A stretch of DNA of 64,000 nt from Dehalococcoidia bacterium (GTDB lineage Bacteria; Chloroflexota; Dehalococcoidia; Lucifugimonadales; UBA3495), in assembly GCA_022451945.1 (NCBI GenBank), contig JAKUNK010000008.1, forward strand, positions 44,195 through 108,194, in the 5' to 3' direction. This document shows, piece after piece, positions 19,771-28,689 of this stretch. The number at the start of each line of letters is the position of its first letter. Position 1 is the stretch's first letter. A program made the translations under genes and the position numbers. The notes under the pieces are model-generated. The model was not told where the DNA came from. It made no database searches and was given only the letters and a program-made list of their open reading frames with translations.

Positions 19771-20577
19771 TCACTCCACTTTCAGCCGCACTTCTCCCAG
19801 AGTATCGATCTCGAACCGTACGTCATCTCCTTTGTTAAGGAACTTAGTGCTTACGATGCTACCGGTCATAATAATCATGTCTTTCTTTAGACTTTTACCG
19901 CGGATGGCCAGGTTATTCGCCAGCCAAGCCAGCGCTTCCAGTGGGTGTCCCAGAACATCACCGCCCTTGCCTTCACCAGCCGGTTCTCCATTGATAGTCA
20001 TGGCGCCCGTCGCCTCTACCAAGTCAATAGACGACCAGTCGATGACCGGTTCGCCCAACACGATGCCTGCGTTCCAAGCGTTATCGGCAGCCACACCTAG
20101 AAAGAAAAGGTCTGAGTAGTCGGCGTTCCGGTCTTCGATAATCTCAAAGGCCGGCATCAATGCAGATACCGCTCCGGCAACTCTCTGCCGGTCATAAGGA
20201 GCGGCTGAAGCGGGAAGGTCCTGATCCAGCAACGCCGCAATCTCGCATTCAGCGCCCAAACGGACGTAGTCCGACCATTTGGTGGATGCAGGAGATCGGT
20301 GGACACCGTTAGCGAAGACTGCCCCTGAAGCAGGGTGGCCGAAGCCAACCATCTTCTGCATCACTGGAGTCGTAAGCGCCACTTTATAGCCGACGATAGA
20401 TCCGCGCTCTGGAATAAGCAGCTCGTGGAACGCCTCTTGGATATCATATGCCTCGCTGATGTCGCGGGGCGAAATGTCCTCCGGGAGAGGCTCATACTGG
20501 GCCTTCGCTTGATGGGCCTCATGCAAGAATCTCGCCGCCCTCTGGACATTATCTTCGCCTACCATGCCATCCTCCAT
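19771..20577 (-). CDS. 2-keto-4-pentenoate hydratase family (FAH-fold hydratase/decarboxylase)
   Basis: 268 aa. AYDIQEAF and GYKVALT motifs characteristic of the MhpD/HpcG family. Confidence 0.75.
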   Translation of the reverse strand: MEDGMVGEDNVQRAARFLHEAHQAKAQYEPLPEDISPRDISEAYDIQEAFHELLIPERGSIVGYKVALTTPVMQKMVGFGHPASGAVFANGVHRSPASTKWSDYVRLGAECEIAALLDQDLPASAAPYDRQRVAGAVSALMPAFEIIEDRNADYSDLFFLGVAADNAWNAGIVLGEPVIDWSSIDLVEATGAMTINGEPAGEGKGGDVLGHPLEALAWLANNLAIRGKSLKKDMIIMTGSIVSTKFLNKGDDVRFEIDTLGEVRLKVE

Positions 20578-20609
20578 CTAAATGAATTCCGCCTGATATT
20601 ACTCCCAGA

Positions 20610-20966
20610 TTAGACCAACTGCAGCAATTGCAATATGTTCCCATCTGGGTCCTTGAACGTGGCCACCCAGCCGCCCCAGGTCTCCTGTTCTGGCTGACGT
20701 ATGAACTCGACTCCAGCATGGGAAAGGCGCTTAACTTCGGCATGGATGTCTGTGACACCTAGGTGGGGCATGAACCTAAACGGGTCCTTTGAGCCACCAG
20801 ATATTTCGCTATGGTGTCCGATGTTGAACCGGACTTCACCAAGCTCAAAGGAGATAAAATCGTCGTGGCGCGAATGCAGTGGGAGACGGAGCACATCGTA
20901 ATAGAAACCGAACATGCGATCCAGCTCGTTAGTCCACAATGTTACCCCGATAACGCCCGTGACCAT
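20610..20966 (-). CDS. VOC (glyoxalase/bleomycin-resistance) family protein
   Basis: 118 aa. VOC-like pattern with C-terminal FKDPDGNILQL. Confidence 0.7.
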   Translation of the reverse strand: MVTGVIGVTLWTNELDRMFGFYYDVLRLPLHSRHDDFISFELGEVRFNIGHHSEISGGSKDPFRFMPHLGVTDIHAEVKRLSHAGVEFIRQPEQETWGGWVATFKDPDGNILQLLQLV

Positions 20967-21000
20967 ATCTCTCTCCTTGGTATCCGGCTGATAGTCCGTT

Positions 21001-21037
21001 AAAAAATAAGGCCGTCCCGACGAGTCGGGACGGCCTT
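21001..21037 (-). terminator. rho-independent terminator downstream of the Fur-family gene
   Basis: 13-bp perfect stem AAGGCCGTCCCGA/TCGGGACGGCCTT (21008-21020 / 21025-21037) with a 4-nt loop. On the minus strand it is followed by ATTTTTT (21007-21001). Confidence 0.85.
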
Positions 21038-21061
21038 ATCTAATTTTATCTATACAGCTGA

Positions 21062-21523
21062 CTAAACTTCGGAAAGTTCGCCCCGGCGCTTAGCTGCCGC
21101 ACAGCGCGGGCACAGACCATAGAAGTCCACTCGTTGCCAGGCTACTTCAAAATCCGACTTGGCGGCGATTTGCTGACGCAGACCCACTACCACGCTTTCA
21201 ACGTCATGGTTCGTCTCGGCGTCGATAACGTTCTCACACTCGATGCATACCAGGTTCACGTGCGGTTCCATGTTCGGTTCGTAGCGTGACATCTTTTGGA
21301 ACGGGAGTTCTTGTATAAGACCGCTCTTCTGAAGGACTCCCAAAGTAGAATAAATCGTGGCCAGGGTCATGGACGGGAAATGCCCTTTGACCCTGTCATA
21401 TATTTGTTGGACCGTGGGGTGGTCGGAGGAATTCAGGACCACCTCAGCGATTGCGAGGCGCTGCGGAGTGACTCGTACCGCCCACTCACGCATCCGCTCG
21501 ACAAGCTGCTGCTGGGTTAACAT
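21062..21523 (-). CDS. Fur-family metalloregulator (Fur/Zur/PerR type)
   Basis: ORF 21062..21646. ATG 21523 is preceded by AGGAGAG (153 aa). VTPQRLAIAEVV winged helix and two CxxC pairs (CIEC, CPRC). Confidence 0.85.
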   Translation of the reverse strand: MLTQQQLVERMREWAVRVTPQRLAIAEVVLNSSDHPTVQQIYDRVKGHFPSMTLATIYSTLGVLQKSGLIQELPFQKMSRYEPNMEPHVNLVCIECENVIDAETNHDVESVVVGLRQQIAAKSDFEVAWQRVDFYGLCPRCAAAKRRGELSEV

Positions 21524-21785
21524 TGGCTCTCCTGGGTAATACGGACCTGGGAGGTGTCGCAGACCTCCCATCGTGAACTCGAGATTCCCCGGGTCCGCAC
21601 CCGACGAATCCACCTCAACTATAACTGGATTCAGTCGTCCAGGCAACCCTATTTATTTGATTTCTCGACTATCTTTATTCCTATTCCTGGGGTAAGAGGG
21701 TTCGATTGTTACATTTATCACATATTGGAGACCGGCCGCCGTAGGCGTGCTTCGTAGTAGAATCATCAGATATAATACCGGTCTC

Positions 21786-21875
21786 GGAGAGATGGCTGAG
21801 CGGACGAAAGCGCTGGTCTCGAAAACCAGTATAGGGGCAACTCTATCGTGGGTTCGAATCCCACTCTCTCCGCCA
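21786..21875 (+). tRNA. tRNA-Ser (anticodon CGA), encoded CCA
   Basis: 7-bp acceptor stem GGAGAGA/TCTCTCC, anticodon stem CTGGT/ACCAG with loop CTCGAAA, long variable arm, T-arm GTGGGTTCGAATCCCAC, discriminator G plus CCA. Confidence 0.9.
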
Positions 21876-21948
21876 CGCATGGACTACCACTAAGGACTCT
21901 TCATAAGTGAGGAGCGTTCTTAACCAGCTATCAGGGCAGCGAAGCTGA

Positions 21949-22155
21949 TTAGGTGAACAGGTCGAAAATATTCCCTAGTGCTCCGCTATCTGCACGGTAG
22001 ATTTCAGTGTATTTACAGCGGGTACAGGTTACCGTAGTGAACTTACGACTTTGAACATCAAATATCTTTGACAAGAACCCTCCGGTAGCCCTGAACTCGC
22101 TTGTTTCGTATTCACCGTTAGAGCACTTAGAGCATTTGAAGTTGGCAGCGGCCAT
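21949..22155 (-). CDS. zinc-ribbon domain protein (DUF2082-like small Zn-ribbon family)
   Basis: 68 aa. CSKC...CTRC pairs, RATGGFLSKIFDVQ and a C-terminal GNIFDLF tail. Confidence 0.7.
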   Translation of the reverse strand: MAAANFKCSKCSNGEYETSEFRATGGFLSKIFDVQSRKFTTVTCTRCKYTEIYRADSGALGNIFDLFT

Positions 22156-22418
22156 TGTCCATATCTCCCGTATATCTGGCTATGATCCATACAGTTTAAC
22201 AAGACGGTCGTTCCCATAAACTCAATTCAGACCAATGTTAACCCCGCGATAAAAAAACCGACTCCACGCACCGGGACGACGTTTGACCTGGCAGCCTCTT
22301 TCTAATGGCCTCACGAAGCTTGCCTGCGCACCTTGACCCTTAATACAATCCATTCCAATGGTACTGGTACTGCCCATTTGGCGTTCCAAAGAACGGTACG
22401 ATAACGGGAGGCGGTAAG

Positions 22419-23129
22419 ATGTCAGAGGAACTAGGTAGGATTCAACGACCCACAGCAAGTCAATACGATGGGCGGCGCAAACTAATGCTGGTGCCTTTGA
22501 TATACGGGCCCCAAGCGGACGACCTCACAGGCGCAGAAGTCCTGAAAAATTACTGGGATCAGATGCAGACCCAGGTGAACGCTTTGGAGGGCGCTTTAGG
22601 TGGATTGCAGCACATCTATCACGAGAGCCTGACCGTCGGTGGACCAGAAGGGCTGGAACAGTTGGCTGGCGCAGACCAACGGAGCCATGCCTTTATATCC
22701 GGCAAGACCGAATCTGGCGCGGTATTGGAACCTACGGAAGACATGGATGTTTTGCTTGAGACCTTAGATCTGCAACGGTGCATGATGATCCCGTTGGCGA
22801 GCCCAAGCGTAGGTTCCCGGCTCCAAGAATGGCACGCCGACAGCAATCGACAACGTTACGAACACATCGCCAATCAGATTGACAGCACTCTGGGCGAGAA
22901 CGAGGCAGGGTTGCTGCTAATCAGCGAACGTCACCAAGTCCAGTTCCCGGACGACGTGGAAGTCTTTTACGTATCACCGCCAGCCCTAGACGATTATCGC
23001 CGGTGGTTCCAAAACTGGATGGAGCAACAACAGTCAACTGCTGGTGCAAGCAGAGACTCAGATACGGATGCCATCGAGGAAAGTGATCACCCAGGCAGCA
23101 GAGACGCCGAGGACACCGAGAATACATAG
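22419..23129 (+). CDS. hypothetical protein with acidic C-terminal tail
   Basis: 236 aa. GGGAGG SD upstream of ATG 22419. No family recognised. Tail is Asp/Glu/Ser-rich. Confidence 0.6.
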   Translation: MSEELGRIQRPTASQYDGRRKLMLVPLIYGPQADDLTGAEVLKNYWDQMQTQVNALEGALGGLQHIYHESLTVGGPEGLEQLAGADQRSHAFISGKTESGAVLEPTEDMDVLLETLDLQRCMMIPLASPSVGSRLQEWHADSNRQRYEHIANQIDSTLGENEAGLLLISERHQVQFPDDVEVFYVSPPALDDYRRWFQNWMEQQQSTAGASRDSDTDAIEESDHPGSRDAEDTENT

Positions 23130-23138
23130 CTGCGCCGG

Positions 23139-24344
23139 TTAGACCACTGCCACTGCCGTAATTTCAACCAGCTGCTCTGGCTGTCCTAGTATCTGGTGCA
23201 TCGAGATGCCAGTTGCTGATGGGAAGCGCTCTCCAAAGTGCTTGCGCCGGACCTCGCCGACTTTCCTGTAGTCCATCATTCCGTTGGGAGCTACCCATTC
23301 AATGGTGTTAACAATGTCGTCCATGGAATATCCGCCCTCATCCATGATTCTGGCGATGTTACTATAGGCCTGCTCCGTTTGGGCCACGATGTCGTAGCCA
23401 CCGACCGTGACCCCAGTGGCGTGGTTCATCGACGACTGACCCGATATCTGAAGCATCCGACCCTTTTTGACCCCTGCATTCTGGGTGAGAACGCTGTAGT
23501 TTTGCTCCCATTCGGGCACTCTAATCTCCTCTCTGATACCCCTCTTCACAGCTACAACCTCGGTCTCCACATGTCCGTCTGGACGTAACAGCCGGTTGAC
23601 GGGAATGTGGGTGGACGCCGGGAAGCGGTCTCCGAAGAATCCACGCCTAACATCGGCGGTATTAGGGTACTGAAGCAGACATTGAGGGGAGATGTAGTCG
23701 AGGGTCTTGACCACGTCCTCGGGGCCGGCTCCAGCACCATCCAGCACTTGGCTGATTATCCCGTAGGTCAACTCCATCTGCCGGGCCGTATCCTGAGGAT
23801 AGTTAGACTGGCCGTCAACGTCCTCACTGCCCACAAAGCCCGAGGTCCAGACCATGTCCTCCACCTCAACTCCAGGCACGTAGGTGAGCTGACCATAGCG
23901 GCCCCAGCCGGGATTAATCGGTCTCTTCTCTCCCTTCATTGCCACCATGCTGACCTCAATGAGAGCGTCGGGCCGCAAGAGACGTTCCACACAGATGCCG
24001 GTAGCCCCCAACGGCGTACCGTTCAGGTATTCCTGGCGGATAACGCCGGTCTGTCGATATAAGGGGAGGGCTGTGGCGTCAATGTAGTCCACAGTCTGCA
24101 CCACGTTCTCAAATCCCATTCCCGCGGCTTCCAATACAACCGCCAACTTCTCGTATATCACCCTGGTCTGGTCCAGCAGGTCTCCCTTGCAGACCACCCG
24201 CCCCTGCGCTGAATCATACTCGCTGGCGGTCTGGCCAGAAAGATACAAGATTCCAGAGTTCTCGGCTCCCATGCAAAATGTGTACCGGTTCAGATCAAGC
24301 CAGGGGAACTTAGCCGGATCAACTTCGATGATGTTCTTGCTCAT
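23139..24344 (-). CDS. triple-tandem RidA/YjgF/UK114-family domain protein
   Basis: 401 aa divisible into three ~130-aa units. Each ends in a YjgF-type C-terminal strand (..ALIEVSMVA, ..HVETEVVAV, ..LVEITAVAV). Confidence 0.75.
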   Translation of the reverse strand: MSKNIIEVDPAKFPWLDLNRYTFCMGAENSGILYLSGQTASEYDSAQGRVVCKGDLLDQTRVIYEKLAVVLEAAGMGFENVVQTVDYIDATALPLYRQTGVIRQEYLNGTPLGATGICVERLLRPDALIEVSMVAMKGEKRPINPGWGRYGQLTYVPGVEVEDMVWTSGFVGSEDVDGQSNYPQDTARQMELTYGIISQVLDGAGAGPEDVVKTLDYISPQCLLQYPNTADVRRGFFGDRFPASTHIPVNRLLRPDGHVETEVVAVKRGIREEIRVPEWEQNYSVLTQNAGVKKGRMLQISGQSSMNHATGVTVGGYDIVAQTEQAYSNIARIMDEGGYSMDDIVNTIEWVAPNGMMDYRKVGEVRRKHFGERFPSATGISMHQILGQPEQLVEITAVAVV

Positions 24345-24361
24345 GCTATCTCCAATGGCTG

Positions 24362-25573
24362 TTAGCTGATCACTCCACTATCCAACAAGCGCGTATATTC
24401 GTCGTCGGGAACCTGAAGAAGTTCCTGAATCACCTTCTGGTTATGCTCCCCCAAGAGAGGTGCGGCCCGGGCGATACCTGGTTGACCACCGTCCACTGCC
24501 CAAGGGAACGCTCCCAGAGGACGGGGGCCGACCTCAGGGTGATCTGGTGATTGTACGAACCCTCTCGCAACCATGTGTGGGTCGACCAACACCTGGGCCG
24601 AATCCAATACTGGCCCGGCCGGCACTCCGGCCTTTTGGAGACGGCCTACAACGTCGTGCACGTGGAGCCCAGATGTCCAATCCTGGATCAGAGGCTCCAG
24701 ATCACCTTGGTGAGACAAACGGGCTTCAGGATTGGCGAACCTGGTGTCTGAAACCCATCTCGGGTTCCCCGAAACTTGGGCCAGGGCTTTAAACTGAGCA
24801 TCGTTTTCCACCGAAATCGCCACCCAGTTTTCAACGCCTAGGCAACGGAACACGTTATGGGGCGCCTTGTTCTTGTGGCGGTTGCCCACCCGCTTCGGCT
24901 CCGTACCGTCCAGTGTGTATTCCATCACCGCCTCAGGTATCAGAGTGCCCAAGGCTTCGGTCATGGCCACCTCGATATGCTGCCCTTGTCCGGTATTGGC
25001 CCGGTGATAAATAGCTTCCAACAAAGAGAGTATGCAATAACAACCACTGAATGCATCGGGGAACAGTCCGCCCATGATCCGGGGATGGGAACCTTTATGC
25101 CCGGTCACTGACGCCAAGCCACTAAACAGGTTTATGACGCTATGAAAACCAACCAGATCTTTCATGGGCCCGGTGCGTCCGAAAGCCCCCAATGACAAGT
25201 AGATAACGTCTGGCCTTAGACGTTTCACGTCTTCGTAGCCCAGGCCCATGCGTTGCATGGTGCCACTGGAGTAATTCTCAACGACAATATCGCTCACCGA
25301 GATGATCTGCTTAGCCAGCGCCACGCCTTTCGGGTCTCGCAGGTTCAGAGTGCAGCTCATCTTGCTGGAGTTGACCATATTGAAGCCACCGCTACGGTTG
25401 ACTCCAGGTTCATTCGCGGCGAATGGCGGCCAAATGCGAGTGGTGAGGCGCTCTTGGGTCTCGATCAAAATCACTTCAGCGCCCAGCCAGGCCAACATCT
25501 GGGCGGTATAAGGGACGGCAATGATCTGCCCGAAGTCGGCTATCCGGATTCCTTCCAGTGGCAGCACGGTCAT
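24362..25573 (-). CDS. family III CoA-transferase (CaiB/BaiF/Frc type)
   Basis: 403 aa. LEGIRIADFGQIIAVPYTAQMLAWLGAEVI N-terminus and NLRDPKG block. Confidence 0.85.
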   Translation of the reverse strand: MTVLPLEGIRIADFGQIIAVPYTAQMLAWLGAEVILIETQERLTTRIWPPFAANEPGVNRSGGFNMVNSSKMSCTLNLRDPKGVALAKQIISVSDIVVENYSSGTMQRMGLGYEDVKRLRPDVIYLSLGAFGRTGPMKDLVGFHSVINLFSGLASVTGHKGSHPRIMGGLFPDAFSGCYCILSLLEAIYHRANTGQGQHIEVAMTEALGTLIPEAVMEYTLDGTEPKRVGNRHKNKAPHNVFRCLGVENWVAISVENDAQFKALAQVSGNPRWVSDTRFANPEARLSHQGDLEPLIQDWTSGLHVHDVVGRLQKAGVPAGPVLDSAQVLVDPHMVARGFVQSPDHPEVGPRPLGAFPWAVDGGQPGIARAAPLLGEHNQKVIQELLQVPDDEYTRLLDSGVIS

Positions 25574-26781
25574 ACGCCGGTCTGCTCCAGCTGTTCAGCT
25601 GAATACCCCAACCATTCCTCCAAGACCTTTGAGGTGTGCTCGCCTAGTTTAGGGGCCGACCTGAATAGCTGCCAGGGCGTGCGTTCCATGCGAACCGGAT
25701 AGCCAGGGAGATTGAACTTCTCTCCACCCGGGCCTTCCATATCTCTCATGAACCCGCGTTCGATCACGTGAGGCGAGTCCACCATCTGTCCCACGGTATA
25801 AGCAGGGAAGCAGGGGATGCCTCGATCCTGGGCCAGCTGCGCGATCTCTGCGCCGGTGTGGGCCATGGTCCATTCCAGAAGCAGTGGTTCCAATGCGTCC
25901 CAGTTTCGAGCACGCTCTACCCCCGATGAAAACACTTCTAGTTGCGCCCAGTCCGGGTTGTCAGCCAGGTCCATTAGGTTCCGCCAGTGGGCTTCCATCA
26001 CCGCCATAACCACCACATAGCCGTCCTTGCAAGGCAGGTAGGCATTCGGCATAACTCCAAATATCTCTGGTCGTCGGGCCTTAGCTTCGTGATATGAGGC
26101 GTGGGCCAGTTCGAAAGGCATAACCGCCGCAACTGTTTCCTGGATACTGAGATCGATCTCACATCCGACACCCTGAATCTTCCGAGACAGCAATGCTGCA
26201 ACACTGGCGACTGCACCTTGGACCCCTGCCAGGTAGCCTGCCATATCGGTGTTGGAACGGAGCGGCGGCTCCAGGTCAGGATCTCCCACCATGTCCGGTA
26301 TGCCGGGAGTGGCGTAAGCCATGCCCCCAGCGCTGATGGCGATCAGATCATCACCCAGATAGGAACTGTTGGGCCCGGTAAGCCCAAACGGAGTGATGCT
26401 CGTAACTATCAATCCTTGATTGGTCTCTGCAAGTCTCTCTCGGCGCAGACCCAGCCGCTCTATCTTTGAACTGTTCTCGCCTACTACCAGGAAATCTGCA
26501 GCGGCCACCAAGTCCTGAAATACCGCCCACCCTCCTTGCGCCTCTATGTCTAGAGACACTCCTCGCTTGTTTGAATTAAGATAGAGGAACATTCCGCTCC
26601 ACTCCGGATCGGGATACCCACCGGGGAAGGGGCCACTCCGGCGGTAGCGGTCACCATCCAGAGGCTCAACCTTCACTACATCAGCACCGGCATCGCCCAT
26701 TAAACGGGCGCAGAATGAGCCTGCCACTTGGTCGCTAAGCTCTACAACTTTAAGCCCGGAGAGAGCACCTTGCTGGAGCAT
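25570..26781 (-). CDS. family III CoA-transferase (second paralogue)
   Basis: ORF 25570..26862. ATG 26781 (MLQQGALSGLKVVELSDQVAGSFCARLMGDAGADVV) gives 403 aa. Its stop overlaps the downstream start as ATGA (25570-25573). Confidence 0.85.
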   Translation of the reverse strand: MLQQGALSGLKVVELSDQVAGSFCARLMGDAGADVVKVEPLDGDRYRRSGPFPGGYPDPEWSGMFLYLNSNKRGVSLDIEAQGGWAVFQDLVAAADFLVVGENSSKIERLGLRRERLAETNQGLIVTSITPFGLTGPNSSYLGDDLIAISAGGMAYATPGIPDMVGDPDLEPPLRSNTDMAGYLAGVQGAVASVAALLSRKIQGVGCEIDLSIQETVAAVMPFELAHASYHEAKARRPEIFGVMPNAYLPCKDGYVVVMAVMEAHWRNLMDLADNPDWAQLEVFSSGVERARNWDALEPLLLEWTMAHTGAEIAQLAQDRGIPCFPAYTVGQMVDSPHVIERGFMRDMEGPGGEKFNLPGYPVRMERTPWQLFRSAPKLGEHTSKVLEEWLGYSAEQLEQTGV

Positions 26782-26785
26782 GCTG

Positions 26786-27229
26786 CTAGTTACCTGGCTG
26801 CAATTGGAACCGGACCAAAGCGTTGGCCGCATCCACCACTTTTTCGCCCCGTTGGTTCTCAATCCAGAGGTCGCATTCCACCATTCCCCCCTCGTCGGTA
26901 GATTCGACTCCCGTGACTACACCGTGGCAGGTCAGTGAATCGCCAGGATAAGCCATGACCCGGTTGCGGAAAGCAAGCTTTCGGAGGAATGCTCCAACGC
27001 CGGCCCAGTCTTGCACGTGCTGGGTCAAGAACCCGCCCATCATCTGACCATCTACGAATGGCGCTTCAAACCCAGATTCTCTGGCATAGTCGGCATCGTA
27101 ATGTAGGCGAATGAAATCCCAGGTAGCTGCACCGTAGGCCATCATACGGGCCATTCCAATCTCTTTGACCAAAGGCGTGATTTCGTCGCCGATCTGGATA
27201 TCCTCGAACCTCCTGGTTTGAGTAACCAA
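26786..27229 (-). CDS. MaoC-like (R)-specific enoyl-CoA hydratase hot-dog subunit
   Basis: 147 aa with a TTG start at 27229. ATWDFIRLHYD (Asp/His hydratase-2-type motif). Confidence 0.8.
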   Translation of the reverse strand: MVTQTRRFEDIQIGDEITPLVKEIGMARMMAYGAATWDFIRLHYDADYARESGFEAPFVDGQMMGGFLTQHVQDWAGVGAFLRKLAFRNRVMAYPGDSLTCHGVVTGVESTDEGGMVECDLWIENQRGEKVVDAANALVRFQLQPGN

Positions 27230-27230
27230 G

Positions 27231-27713
27231 CTAGGCTTCCGGCCGATAGAACATGGTCTCGGTATTCCGAGCTAGCAACTCGTCAGACTGGTTGTAGAAA
27301 GTGGTTTCGATTACCTGGAAAACCAGGGAGCCCGTGCGCCCTGTCTTCTCATAGACATCCTTGACCGTCCAATGAGCAGTAATAACGTCGTCGGGATGTA
27401 TGGTCTGGAAGAACTCATACTCGTTGCCGGCTCGCAGGCCCTCAAGTTCACGGATGGGTCCGCGTCCCAGGAGGTCGCCTCGTTCGTCCATATCGCTGTC
27501 AACATACTGCCAGGTGTCGCAGATGAGCGTCGGCGGGGCCATCACGTCTCGGAGCCCGTTGGCTTGGGCGAACTCACGGTTCGAGTAAAGCGGGTTGAAG
27601 TCTCCGATAGCCAATGCGTACTGCCGCAATGAGGACCGCCCAATCTCGTCCGGGGCTCGCAGCACTATCTCTTGCCCTACAGTTGCCTTTAATCTTTCTA
27701 GTAAGCTAGCCAC
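27231..27713 (-). CDS. MaoC_dehydrat_N / FAS1-like hot-dog subunit (non-catalytic hydratase partner)
   Basis: 160 aa. YALAIGDFNPLY motif. Its TAG stop (27231-27233) lies 1 nt from the TTG start of the downstream hot-dog gene. Confidence 0.75.
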   Translation of the reverse strand: MASLLERLKATVGQEIVLRAPDEIGRSSLRQYALAIGDFNPLYSNREFAQANGLRDVMAPPTLICDTWQYVDSDMDERGDLLGRGPIRELEGLRAGNEYEFFQTIHPDDVITAHWTVKDVYEKTGRTGSLVFQVIETTFYNQSDELLARNTETMFYRPEA

Positions 27714-27725
27714 GTATGAACCTCG

Positions 27726-28532
27726 TCATTCACCCTTAAAGTGAGGGGGTCGTTTCTCTCGGAACGACGCCAACGACTCTATATGATCCTGACTGGTTAG
27801 GGTCAGCACCTCTGCCTGTGCCGCCTCGGCCAGGTGCTCATCCAGCGTCTGGGTCAGACCGCGGTATATCATGCCCTTGACCATACGATTAGGTATGGGT
27901 GCCTTACTTGCAATTTTACGCGCCAAGTCCATGGTCGTCTCTTCCAGGGCATCAGCGGAGACGAGATGAGCCAAAACCCCACACTCCTTTGCCTCTTCAG
28001 ATTCCAACCAGTCTCCGGTGTAGAGAAGTTCCAACGCCTTGCTGATGCCCATGGCCCTGTTATATAGCCAGGTTGAGCCAGTATTGGATACCAGACCCAT
28101 CTGCAAAAAGGCGTTCATGAATCGAGAGTTCTCACAGCCTACTCTGATGTCGCAAGCCAGGACCCAGTCGAACCCGTCGCCAATCGCCAGGCCATTAACC
28201 ATAGCGATGGTCGGTATGGCCAGGTTGTGTAGCTTGGACGTCACGCCCTGGGGCATGGCGCGGATGAACTGGTAGGTCTCGTACGGGTCTTTGTGCCCGA
28301 GCAGCTGGTCGCCGCCACGGCTTTCGTCTTTGATGTCAGCAGAGGCGCAGAAGGCCCGACCAGCCCCGGTGATGATGAACACGCGCAGATGTGTGTCTGC
28401 GGCCACGTCTTCAAGGGCGTGGTTGAGTTCGGCGAACATCTCTTCGTTAAGAGCGTTTAGGCGCTCCGGTCGGTTGAGAGTCAGCCGCGCGATGTGGTCC
28501 GACTTGTCCAGAATTATGGTGTTATAGACCAC
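27726..28532 (-). CDS. enoyl-CoA hydratase/isomerase (crotonase) family
   Basis: 268 aa. ITGAGRAFCASADIK oxyanion-hole motif and MVNGLAIGDG. Confidence 0.85.
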   Translation of the reverse strand: MVYNTIILDKSDHIARLTLNRPERLNALNEEMFAELNHALEDVAADTHLRVFIITGAGRAFCASADIKDESRGGDQLLGHKDPYETYQFIRAMPQGVTSKLHNLAIPTIAMVNGLAIGDGFDWVLACDIRVGCENSRFMNAFLQMGLVSNTGSTWLYNRAMGISKALELLYTGDWLESEEAKECGVLAHLVSADALEETTMDLARKIASKAPIPNRMVKGMIYRGLTQTLDEHLAEAAQAEVLTLTSQDHIESLASFREKRPPHFKGE

Positions 28533-28689
28533 CTCGGTTCCCTCCCGGCGGTTGCTCTAAATATGAATCGTCGAGCCATGATTCTGGTGCTGCTACATTC
28601 CACTGTCAAGTTGACATCGAATAATGCCGATTCCATACTGGCCGCAATCTGCGACGATGGTTCGAACACAGATGGGTAGGAGGTTTTAC

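Noticed and set aside
21695-21707. GGGTTCGAT upstream of tRNA-Ser resembles the tRNA T-arm, considered as a possible att or tRNA remnant.
   Set aside because: The match is only 8-9 nt, which is expected by chance in 64 kb. No flanking tRNA-like structure or integrase is present.
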